From positions 1 through 32,697 of the forward strand of contig CALXUL010000145.1 of NCBI GenBank assembly GCA_944391635.1: 32,697 bases of DNA, written 5' to 3'. The notes below the pieces were generated by a model. The model was not told the origin of the DNA, ran no database searches, and saw only the letters and a program-made list of their open reading frames with translations. This document shows, piece by piece, positions 1-6,833 of this stretch (within the stretch, counting starts at the first letter, position 1; every line of letters begins with the position of its first letter). The stretch is from an uncultured Clostridia bacterium. Its GTDB lineage: Bacteria > Bacillota > Clostridia > UBA1381. The position numbers and the translations under genes were made by a program.

Positions 1-569
1 TCTATTGCCGCAGCAGCAAGCCAGCAATTTCCCCTGCCCCATAAAACTCCTTTTTTTTGTCTTACATTACAATCATATCCGTGTACAATTAATCCGGTTT
101 TCTCATCACACAAAAAGTGATAGTGTATCATAAACGAATTTCCAATGTGCAGATACTGCGTACAAAGAATATATGTAGGTATCAAGCCCCCGCCAAACAG
201 CATTGTAAAATAGATATAAAATGTAATCTGTTTGCGCCAGCGGAAATTACGTCTTGAAATCGCATATGCAACAATAGCCATCAGGAATACTCCGATTATA
301 GTACCAAGCACAGAGCTTAAAATCGTCACCTTATAGGAGTTAATAAGCTGGGTAGGGTTGGCAAAAATCATTTCATATGCCCTGGTATCGAATATTTTGG
401 GCAAAAGCGTATACCCGTATTTTGCTATACTGTCTTCATCTGAAAATGATATTGACACAACATAGATAAAAGGTATTATGTAAGTAAGCGATACCAGAAT
501 AAAAAATAAATGTATCCAGATATTTTCCGGTTTATGTTCCAGAGAATATACTTTCTTTTTTCTCCACAT
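1..569 (-). CDS. Carbohydrate ABC transporter permease (LplC/YtcP-like). Only the N-terminal ~145 aa look canonical, so it may be truncated or a pseudogene
   Basis: Absent from the ORF track because it is open at the window edge. My translation from ATG 569..567 reads MWRKKKVYSLEHKPENIWIHLFFILVSLTYIIPFIYVVSISFSDEDSIAKYGYTLLPKIFDTRAYEMIFANPTQLINSYKVTILSSVLGTIIGVFLMAIVAYAISRRNFRWRKQITFYIYFTMLFGGGLIPTYIL. This is collinear with the paralog at 23113..24003. Below about nt 140 the frame stays open but stops looking like a permease, and no EAA-loop (E-S-A-x-x-DGA) motif is present. Confidence 0.6.
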   Translation of the reverse strand, partial: MWRKKKVYSLEHKPENIWIHLFFILVSLTYIIPFIYVVSISFSDEDSIAKYGYTLLPKIFDTRAYEMIFANPTQLINSYKVTILSSVLGTIIGVFLMAIVAYAISRRNFRWRKQITFYIYFTMLFGGGLIPTYILCTQYLHIGNSFMIHYHFLCDEKTGLIVHGYDCNVRQKKGVLWGRGNCWLAAAAI

Positions 570-591
570 AACTCCATACTCCTTTCACAGC

Positions 592-1545
592 TTAAAACAT
601 TGCATTTTCAGGTGCAATTTTTCTGATTACTGCATTAGTTGCAACAACCATAAACAATCCCACAAAAGACTGGAAAAATCCTACTGCGGAAGTAATCCCG
701 ACGTCTCCCGTCCTAAGACCGCGGTAAACGTAGGTGTCAATTATGTCGGTTGCCGGATACAGTGCTCCGACATCTCTTGGAATCTGATAAAATAATCCGA
801 AATCGCCGCGGAAAATACTTCCCATATTGTTTATAATCAAAATCGTAACAAGCGGCAAAAGCGAGGGTATGGATACATTCCATATCTGCTGCCATTTATT
901 TGCGCCATCAAGGCTTGCTGCCTCAAAAAGCGAATCATCCACCGCCATCAATGCGGCATAATACATTATTGAATTCATTCCCACCGTCTTCCAAATCTGG
1001 CTGTATGTCAGAATATACGGCCAGTATTTCGGGTCGGAATACCAGTCAGGTCCCGATATACCAAACATTCCTAATATTTGATTTATAACGCCCAGGTCAG
1101 GATTTAAGAGAATATATGTAATATAACTTACAATAACCCACGAAAGGAAATTTGGAAGAATCATAAGAGTCTGATAGGTTTTAAGCGCAAGCTTTTTTCG
1201 TATTTCAAACAGCATTAAAGCAATCGCAACCCCGCAGATTACACCGGTTATAATAAATAAAACTCCATATCCGACGGTATTGCGTGTTATTCTCCACGCA
1301 TCCTGGGATTCGAAAAAGAACCTGAAGTTTTCAAAACCGCTCCAGTCACTGCCGAATATTCCTTTATTATATTTATAATCCTTAAATGCAATTATAATCC
1401 CAAACATCGGGATATAATTCATAATAAAATAATATATCAGCGCCGGCAATGCCAAAATCAAAAGCTCCCAGTGTTCTCTGCCCGCATGCCTCTTTTTTCT
1501 TTTCTGCCCGCGCACACGGTTTTCGGCAGCCAATTCTTTGCTCAT
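592..1545 (-). CDS. Carbohydrate ABC transporter permease (LplB-like, MalF/BPD family)
   Basis: 317 aa with multiple TM segments and the EAA-loop motif FEAASLDGANKWQ. N-terminus resembles the paralog at 24018..24962. GAGGAGG sits 6 nt upstream of the ATG at 1545. Confidence 0.85.
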   Translation of the reverse strand: MSKELAAENRVRGQKRKKRHAGREHWELLILALPALIYYFIMNYIPMFGIIIAFKDYKYNKGIFGSDWSGFENFRFFFESQDAWRITRNTVGYGVLFIITGVICGVAIALMLFEIRKKLALKTYQTLMILPNFLSWVIVSYITYILLNPDLGVINQILGMFGISGPDWYSDPKYWPYILTYSQIWKTVGMNSIMYYAALMAVDDSLFEAASLDGANKWQQIWNVSIPSLLPLVTILIINNMGSIFRGDFGLFYQIPRDVGALYPATDIIDTYVYRGLRTGDVGITSAVGFFQSFVGLFMVVATNAVIRKIAPENAMF

Positions 1546-1592
1546 TAAAAAACCTCCTCAAGCGGCGTTTGCGTATATTGTCATTCATATTT

Positions 1593-1621
1593 ATTATATA
1601 AACCGTAATTTTTTAAGTAAA
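1593..1621 (-). promoter_or_regulatory. Putative sigma-A promoter for the permease gene (TTTACT-17-TATAAT on the minus strand)
   Basis: Reverse complement reads TTTACT (1621..1616), a 17-nt spacer, then TATAAT (1598..1593), about 45 nt upstream of the ATG at 1545. Confidence 0.35.
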
Positions 1622-1684
1622 TGATATTTTTCTTACCTTCTTTGCTTTTTTCTCACATGCTGCATTTTCATATATGATTTTTTA

Positions 1685-1713
1685 TTGACTGAATATTGTG
1701 TTTATGCTATACT
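1685..1713 (+). promoter_or_regulatory. Putative sigma-A promoter for GH88 (TTGACT-17-TATACT with an extended TG)
   Basis: TTGACT at 1685..1690, the 17-nt spacer gaatattgtgtttatgc, and TATACT at 1708..1713. It overlaps the TTG start used by the ORF track, which argues against that start. Confidence 0.5.
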
Positions 1714-1759
1714 GTCCTTAATTGAAAACTTGCAGGCTATGCCGAAAGGAAGGTTTAGA

Positions 1760-2875
1760 ATGGACGAATTTGTAAATAAAACGTGGGATAAGATTAACAG
1801 GAAAATGTTAACGGTTGCTCCAAGAAGCAAAGACAAGCTCCCTTACATAACTGTAAACGGAGTTTTCGATAACTACTATCCTGGTTGCCCGTCCTGGTGG
1901 ACTAACGGATTTTGGGGCGGTTTAATGTGGCTGATGTATGCTGATACAAAAAACGAGCTGTATAAAGAGGTTGCGCTCCGCAGCGAGGAGCTTCTTGATG
2001 CGGCTTTAAAGGACTATGACCAGCTCCATCATGATGTCGGGTTCATGTGGCATATTACAAGCGGTGTAAATTACCGCCTTACCGGAAATAAAGATGCAAG
2101 AATCAAGGCTCTTAATATGGCAAACCTTCTTGCGGCAAGATATAATATTAACGGCAGATACATAAGGGCTTGGAATAGTTTCGGTACGGAAGATAATACC
2201 GGCTGGTCTATTATTGATTCAATGATGAATATTCCTCTTCTTTACTGGGCGTCTGATGAAGTGAAGGATGAAAGATACAGAATCATTGCCATATCACACG
2301 CTGATACCGTAATGAAGGTTCACATCAGAGATGACGGCAGCGTGCGGCATATCGTGGAAAATGACATTGTCGAAGGCGGGCTGGTAGATGATTTCGGCGG
2401 TCAGGGCTACGATAAAGGCTCATCCTGGAGCCGCGGTCAGGCGTGGGCAATATACGGATTTGTACTCAGTTATATCCATACCGGCAAACAGGAATATCTT
2501 GATACTGCAAAAAAAGTGGCACTTTATTTTATCTCCTGTGTATGCGACGAATGGGTTCCAAAGTGCGATTTCAGATGCCCAAAAGAACCTGTTTACTATG
2601 ACACCTCCGCCGGTGCAATTGCCGCATGCGGACTTATTGAAATTGCAAATTTGGTAGGCGAATTTGAAAAAGATTTGTATCTTAACGCGGCGCTCAAAAT
2701 ACTAAAGGCAACAGAAGAAAGGTTCTGTGACTGGAGCCTTGATACCGATAATATCCTAACTCATGCTACCGAGGCATACCATGCCGACCGCCACCATATA
2801 TCAATGATTTATGCGGACTATTATTTTGTTGAAGCAATCTATAAACTGCGTGGCAACAAGGAGCTGTTCTGGTAA
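1760..2875 (+). CDS. GH88 unsaturated glucuronyl hydrolase (delta-4,5-unsaturated beta-glucuronyl hydrolase family)
   Basis: Family-like motifs include WWTNGFWGGLMWLMY, HHDVGFMW, SWSRGQAWAIYGF and an (alpha/alpha)6-type length. I moved the start to ATG 1760 (MDEFVNKTW), which has GGAAGG 7 nt upstream. The ORF-track start at 1685 lies inside the promoter. Confidence 0.85.
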   Translation: MDEFVNKTWDKINRKMLTVAPRSKDKLPYITVNGVFDNYYPGCPSWWTNGFWGGLMWLMYADTKNELYKEVALRSEELLDAALKDYDQLHHDVGFMWHITSGVNYRLTGNKDARIKALNMANLLAARYNINGRYIRAWNSFGTEDNTGWSIIDSMMNIPLLYWASDEVKDERYRIIAISHADTVMKVHIRDDGSVRHIVENDIVEGGLVDDFGGQGYDKGSSWSRGQAWAIYGFVLSYIHTGKQEYLDTAKKVALYFISCVCDEWVPKCDFRCPKEPVYYDTSAGAIAACGLIEIANLVGEFEKDLYLNAALKILKATEERFCDWSLDTDNILTHATEAYHADRHHISMIYADYYFVEAIYKLRGNKELFW

Positions 2876-2904
2876 ATCCAAACAGCGCATATATTACTTA
2901 AAAT

Positions 2905-2941
2905 GCCCCGTCAAAACAGATTTAACTGCGGCGGGGTTTTC
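2905..2941 (+). terminator. Weak intrinsic terminator after GH88
   Basis: GCCCCG (2905..2910) pairs with CGGGG (2932..2936) and is followed by TTTT. The loop is long, so the call is tentative. Confidence 0.3.
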
Positions 2942-3007
2942 ATTTGCTCCTTTATAATTCAGATTTAATATTTAGGAAAAGGTGAAATGCAGAAAAGAAA
3001 ATTATTA

Positions 3008-3036
3008 TTGTGAGATTACCACGATTATGCTATAAT
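3008..3036 (+). promoter_or_regulatory. Strong sigma-A promoter for the R-M-like pair (TTGTGA-17-TATAAT, extended TG)
   Basis: TTGTGA at 3008..3013, a 17-nt spacer ending in tgc, and a perfect TATAAT at 3031..3036. The ATG at 3058 follows with AAGGCGG as ribosome-binding site. Confidence 0.55.
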
Positions 3037-3057
3037 ATAACAAAAGGCGGTGTTTAT

Positions 3058-3927
3058 ATGTTATATAAAAGCATAACTGTCAAAGAAATAGATACTATTT
3101 TCGATTCTGTCCAACTCAAAACAGAATATCTCCAAAAACTTATATCAGAGGCTAAGCTTCGGATAACTGTCCCAGATAGCATTTATGAAATTAACCGACA
3201 AATCATAAACACGTGGAACTATATGTTCTCCAAACGTATTCTCCGCAATATGTTCTTTGAGTCGGACAAATACATCCATGGGGTAAACTGCAAAAAAAGA
3301 ATTGACTTTCTAATAGATGACTGGCATAATAAAGGTCTTGGCAGTCTTGACTGGCCTTTTTCGGCAATGGGCTATGATGCATATATCGCTAAAATCAATC
3401 GCCGCGAAAACCTTTCGGAAGAACAAAAAGATGATATAGCCGCACGCGATACCATACGGTTCAGGCGGATAAAGGATATTAATGCCTGCCGCAATGACTA
3501 TATTGAAAACCTGATTGTATACCATAACGATAACATTATCCCGACATTTGGACATATCCGGGGCGTGGACTTTTACATAAATGGCTGTCCGTTTGACCAA
3601 AAAGTCAGCCGCGGCATAGGCAGGGCGTTTTTAAGCCGCTATCCAGAAAACGCCTATGAAACTGCTGTCGCACACCCGGAATTAGTTGCAAAAAGCCTGT
3701 ATGAAAACCAGGATGAAGAACGCTTTGATTATGACCCAAGGCTGTATATAATATATCTGGATAATGATATTTCAAGCACTGATATTGAACAAGCAATAAT
3801 TGAAACGGATTTTAATACACCAATGAAAATACAATTTTCTTATAATCATGCCCAAAAAGGCAAAAAAGAATATACCACGAGCTGTTATGTTCTGCTTTTG
3901 CGCCACCGGACATGCGGGAATTTATAA
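3058..3927 (+). CDS. Hypothetical 289-aa protein; candidate restriction endonuclease partner of the downstream methylase
   Basis: The ORF was re-started at ATG 3058 (MLYKSITVKE) because the ORF-track GTG at 3010 lies within the promoter. It ends 15 nt before the methylase gene, with one shared promoter and terminator. I recognise no family. By eye there is a PD-(D/E)XK-like string GVD-x8-DQK (nt 3568..3603) and an H-N-rich string VYHNDNIIPTFGH. Confidence 0.4.
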   Translation: MLYKSITVKEIDTIFDSVQLKTEYLQKLISEAKLRITVPDSIYEINRQIINTWNYMFSKRILRNMFFESDKYIHGVNCKKRIDFLIDDWHNKGLGSLDWPFSAMGYDAYIAKINRRENLSEEQKDDIAARDTIRFRRIKDINACRNDYIENLIVYHNDNIIPTFGHIRGVDFYINGCPFDQKVSRGIGRAFLSRYPENAYETAVAHPELVAKSLYENQDEERFDYDPRLYIIYLDNDISSTDIEQAIIETDFNTPMKIQFSYNHAQKGKKEYTTSCYVLLLRHRTCGNL

Positions 3928-3942
3928 AAACGGGGTAGGAAC

Positions 3943-4941
3943 ATGAACTATATCGGCTCAAAATATTCGCTTATAAATTTTCTTGACGAAACTATCTGCA
4001 CCGTTGCAGGGAACGACACCAACAAGGTTTTTGCCGACCTGTTCGCAGGGACTGGGGTTGTGGGCAAAACCTTTAAAGAAAAGGGCTATCAGGTAATTTC
4101 AAATGATATACAATATTACAGTTATGTGATTAACAAACATCTTATAGAAAATACTCCCCCCCTCGAAATAGACATACTTGACAGGCTCCTCTCGTTAGAA
4201 GGAACAGAAGGTTTTATCTATAATAACTACTGTGCCGGCTCCGGCAGCGGCAGAAACTATTTTACCGACGAAAACGGAAAAAAATGCGATGCGGTAAGGC
4301 TTGAGCTGGAACGGCTCAAGAATAGCGGCGAACTTGATGAGGCACGCTACTTTTATCTGCTTGCAAGCCTTGTAAATTCTATTGATAAGTTTGCAAATAC
4401 CGCGTCGGTCTACGGAGCGTTTTTAAAACATATCAAAAAATCAGCGGCAAAAAGCTTTAAGCTGGAACTTCTTCCGTTGGTGGACGGAAATAAAAACGGT
4501 AAAGTGTATAATGAAAATATTTCCGACCTGATAGGAAAAATAAGCGGTGATATACTTTACCTCGACCCGCCGTATAATGAGCGCCAATACTGCGCAAATT
4601 ACCATGTTCTTGAAACGATTGCAAGATATGACAACCCCACTCTCAAAGGTAAAACCGGGCTTCGTGACTATACCGCTCAGAAAAGCGCTTTCTGCTCATC
4701 AAAAACGGCAGCGTCCGCATTTGATGACATAGTAAAAAACGCGAACTTTAAGTATATATTCCTAAGCTATAATAACGAAGGAATAATGTCTTTTGAAACT
4801 ATTAAAAATATAATGGAGCGTTACGGGAAATACGAAATTTTTTCAACAGATTACAAAAGGTTCAAAGCAGATACCGATGAAAACCGAAAACATAAGAGCA
4901 ATAAAACGGTGGAATATCTGCATTGTCTGATAAAAAATTAA
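3943..4941 (+). CDS. N6-adenine DNA methyltransferase, D12 (Dam/T4-Dam-like) class, alpha motif order
   Basis: Contains N-terminal NYIGSK, the AdoMet motif DLFAGTGVVG, and the catalytic motif LYLDPPYNERQY (DPPY), with motif I before motif IV. Length is 332 aa. Confidence 0.85.
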   Translation: MNYIGSKYSLINFLDETICTVAGNDTNKVFADLFAGTGVVGKTFKEKGYQVISNDIQYYSYVINKHLIENTPPLEIDILDRLLSLEGTEGFIYNNYCAGSGSGRNYFTDENGKKCDAVRLELERLKNSGELDEARYFYLLASLVNSIDKFANTASVYGAFLKHIKKSAAKSFKLELLPLVDGNKNGKVYNENISDLIGKISGDILYLDPPYNERQYCANYHVLETIARYDNPTLKGKTGLRDYTAQKSAFCSSKTAASAFDDIVKNANFKYIFLSYNNEGIMSFETIKNIMERYGKYEIFSTDYKRFKADTDENRKHKSNKTVEYLHCLIKN

Positions 4942-4944
4942 TAC

Positions 4945-4985
4945 TTAAGCCTGATAAAGAAAACTGCTTATCAGGCTTAATTTTT
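4945..4985 (+). terminator. Intrinsic terminator of the R-M-like operon
   Basis: A perfect 13-bp stem, TTAAGCCTGATAA (4945..4957) with TTATCAGGCTTAA (4968..4980), followed by TTTTT. Confidence 0.75.
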
Positions 4986-5010
4986 GACAATCTCCCACGC
5001 ACGGTTTTCT

Positions 5011-5055
5011 TTAAAAAAAACCGGCTGTATTCTTCAAGGCAGAATATAGCCGGTT
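5011..5055 (-). terminator. Intrinsic terminator of the crp/fnr-family gene
   Basis: A 15-bp stem pairs 5041..5055 with 5019..5033, with one C-A mismatch in the minus-strand RNA. On the minus strand it is followed by a run of 8 T (A-run 5013..5020). Confidence 0.7.
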
Positions 5056-5060
5056 AAAAT

Positions 5061-5720
5061 TTATATCAATGTAAATTTACTTCTGTCAAATTTAATTAAT
5101 CCGTCATCACGCATTTTGCATAACTCATTAGACATGGCGCTTCTATCCACGGAAAGATAATCCGCAAGCTGCTGTCTGTTAAAAGGTATTGTAAATACCG
5201 AACTGTTTTGTCTGTTCGCTTCCTCGGATAAATAAGCGATAAGTTTCTCTCGTGTAGTGCGGTTTGACATAAAGCTGAGCTTTTGTACAAGCTTTCTGTT
5301 CTTTTCGGATATAGCGAAAAAAAGATTTTCGATAACCTTAGAATGAAATTTACAGGCAGACGGACAAACACTAATAATCTTTCGGGCATCAAAAAACATG
5401 ACCTCACTTTCTTCTACCGCAATAACATTATTTAAAATATTTCCGCTGCCCGGCGCAACATAAGCCTCGCCAAACAGTTCCCCGTCAGATATTTGAGTAA
5501 TAATGTTGCTGTTCCCCCAATAATCCTCACGCTGAATATAAAGTTTTCCTCTTAACACCAATGTGATATTATCAATAAACTCACCCTGCCTGTATACATA
5601 TTCTCCTTTGGAAAATATGCGCTTTTTTGCTCCAAGACAGCCCAGAAGAGCTTCAATATCATTTTCAGAAATACCTCTAAATAATAGCGTATGCTTCAGT
5701 ACATTTATATATTCTTTCAT
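5061..5720 (-). CDS. Crp/Fnr-family transcriptional regulator (cNMP-binding domain plus C-terminal HTH)
   Basis: Shows a beta-roll region (GEYVYRQGEFIDNITLVLRGKLYI, ELFGEA) and a C-terminal HTH (TREKLIAYL...FTIPFNRQQLADYLSVDRSAMSNELCKM). I moved the start to ATG 5720 (MKEYINVLK), which has AAAGAGG 6 nt upstream. The longer ORF-track start adds a non-homologous extension. Confidence 0.85.
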   Translation of the reverse strand: MKEYINVLKHTLLFRGISENDIEALLGCLGAKKRIFSKGEYVYRQGEFIDNITLVLRGKLYIQREDYWGNSNIITQISDGELFGEAYVAPGSGNILNNVIAVEESEVMFFDARKIISVCPSACKFHSKVIENLFFAISEKNRKLVQKLSFMSNRTTREKLIAYLSEEANRQNSSVFTIPFNRQQLADYLSVDRSAMSNELCKMRDDGLIKFDRSKFTLI

Positions 5721-5734
5721 AAAATACCTCTTTC

Positions 5735-5776
5735 GTTGTAAATACAACAGATTTGTTGTGAATATTGTAGTACAAT
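5735..5776. promoter_or_regulatory. Two palindromic candidate Crp/Fnr-type operators plus a -10 element in the divergent intergenic region
   Basis: GTTGTAAATACAAC (5735..5748) is a perfect 5-4-5 / 6-2-6 palindrome. ATTGTAgTACAAT (5764..5776) is a 6-1-6 palindrome whose right arm TACAAT is the only good -10 hexamer upstream of 5821. Confidence 0.35.
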
Positions 5777-5820
5777 GATGGCGAAAAGTCAATGGCAAAA
5801 CTTGAAAGGAGTTTTTTTTA

Positions 5821-6522
5821 ATGATAAGAAAAATAATAAAAATAGATGAGGAAAAATGTAATGGATGCGGAGCATGCGCAGATGCTTGCCATGAAGGCGC
5901 AATAAAAATGATAAACGGAAAAGCTAAACTGATAAGGGACGATTATTGCGACGGATTAGGCGATTGTCTGCCGGTATGTCCGACAGGAGCAATCTCGTTT
6001 GAAATGCGAGAGGCAAAGGCATATGACGAAACAGCTGTTATGGAAGCAAAGAAAAATCAAACTCCGCAAACACTTGCGTGCGGCTGTCCGGGAACACACT
6101 CAAAATCCATTTTCCGCAATGACCGCTCTTGTTCAGATGCGCCAGATTCTTTTGTTGCAAGCAAACTGTCGCAATGGCCGGTACAGATAAAATTAGCGCC
6201 GGCAAACGCGCCATATTTTAACAAAGCAAATCTGCTGATAGCAGCCGATTGCACTGCTTATGCCTATGGTAATTTCCATAATGAATTTATAAGAAATCAT
6301 ATAACCCTTATAGGCTGCCCAAAACTTGACAGTGTTGACTATGCTGATAAGCTCACAGAGATTATTTCAAATAACGAAATTAAAAGCGTAACGGTTGTCC
6401 GTATGGAAGTTCCCTGCTGCGGAGGGATTGAATATGCAGTGAAAACTGCTCTGCAAAACAGCGGGAAATTCATTCCCTGGCGCATAGTAACTATTTCAAC
6501 GGATGGAAATATAATAGAATAA
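5821..6522 (+). CDS. 4Fe-4S dicluster ferredoxin-domain protein with a Cys-rich C-terminal domain
   Basis: Cluster motifs CNGCGACADAC and CDGLGDCLPVCP, plus additional motifs CGCPG, ADCTAYAYG, LIGCPKLD and VPCCGG. AAAGGAG lies upstream of the ATG. Confidence 0.8.
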   Translation: MIRKIIKIDEEKCNGCGACADACHEGAIKMINGKAKLIRDDYCDGLGDCLPVCPTGAISFEMREAKAYDETAVMEAKKNQTPQTLACGCPGTHSKSIFRNDRSCSDAPDSFVASKLSQWPVQIKLAPANAPYFNKANLLIAADCTAYAYGNFHNEFIRNHITLIGCPKLDSVDYADKLTEIISNNEIKSVTVVRMEVPCCGGIEYAVKTALQNSGKFIPWRIVTISTDGNIIE

Positions 6523-6570
6523 TTAAATATCCATCGGCATATTTGATATGTTGGATATTTAATTTACAAA

Positions 6571-6606
6571 GTAAAGCCTATGAAATATTTGTTTCATAGG
6601 CTTTAC
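6571..6606. terminator. 15-bp hairpin, probably a bidirectional terminator between the convergent 4Fe-4S gene and the araC-family operon
   Basis: GTAAAGCCTATGAAA (6571..6585) pairs with TTTCATAGGCTTTAC (6592..6606). On the minus strand it is followed by TTTGTAAATT. A second AT-rich 13-bp hairpin lies at 6521..6564. Confidence 0.5.
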
Positions 6607-6735
6607 TCATTGGCGCTCTGGTGAAAATCCTGTATTTAACAACCATGCAAATTGTAGATAAATGGATGATGCCAGTTCGTGATTTGGATATGATTTTAGA
6701 CAACCAGATGATCTGTTTGGGCTACAGTGTGAACT
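6600..6735 (+). mobile_element. Remnant of the extreme C-terminus of an IS256/mutator-family transposase (about 40 codons, degenerate)
   Basis: The frame open from 6600 reads ALLIGALVKILYLTTMQIVDKWMMPVRDLDMILDNQMICLGYS. From memory, IS256-family C-termini follow the pattern LK-x-LYLA-x(6)-KWT-MP-x(3)-W-x(3)-L-x-Q-x-x-I-x-F. No upstream transposase body is present. Confidence 0.4.
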
Positions 6736-6756
6736 CACACTGTAACTTTTGCTTTT
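6723..6756 (+). terminator. Perfect 10-bp palindrome followed by a T-rich tract (terminator-like, or a former IS end)
   Basis: TACAGTGTGA-ac-TCACACTGTA (6723..6744) is followed by acttttgcttttt. Confidence 0.3.
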
Positions 6757-6833
6757 TCCTGATACTTGGACTTTACAAAAATTCTTACGCGCTACCGTTC
6801 ACTTCAAATTGCTTTTAAGCTCTTTTTGTATAA

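Noticed and set aside
1685-1759. ORF-track N-terminal extensions of GH88 (TTG 1685), and similarly of the 289-aa protein (GTG 3010), Crp (5798) and thioredoxin (32167).
   Set aside because: The extensions overlap promoter hexamers or the upstream gene, add non-homologous residues, and lack ribosome-binding sites. Downstream ATGs with good SD sequences give family-typical N-termini.
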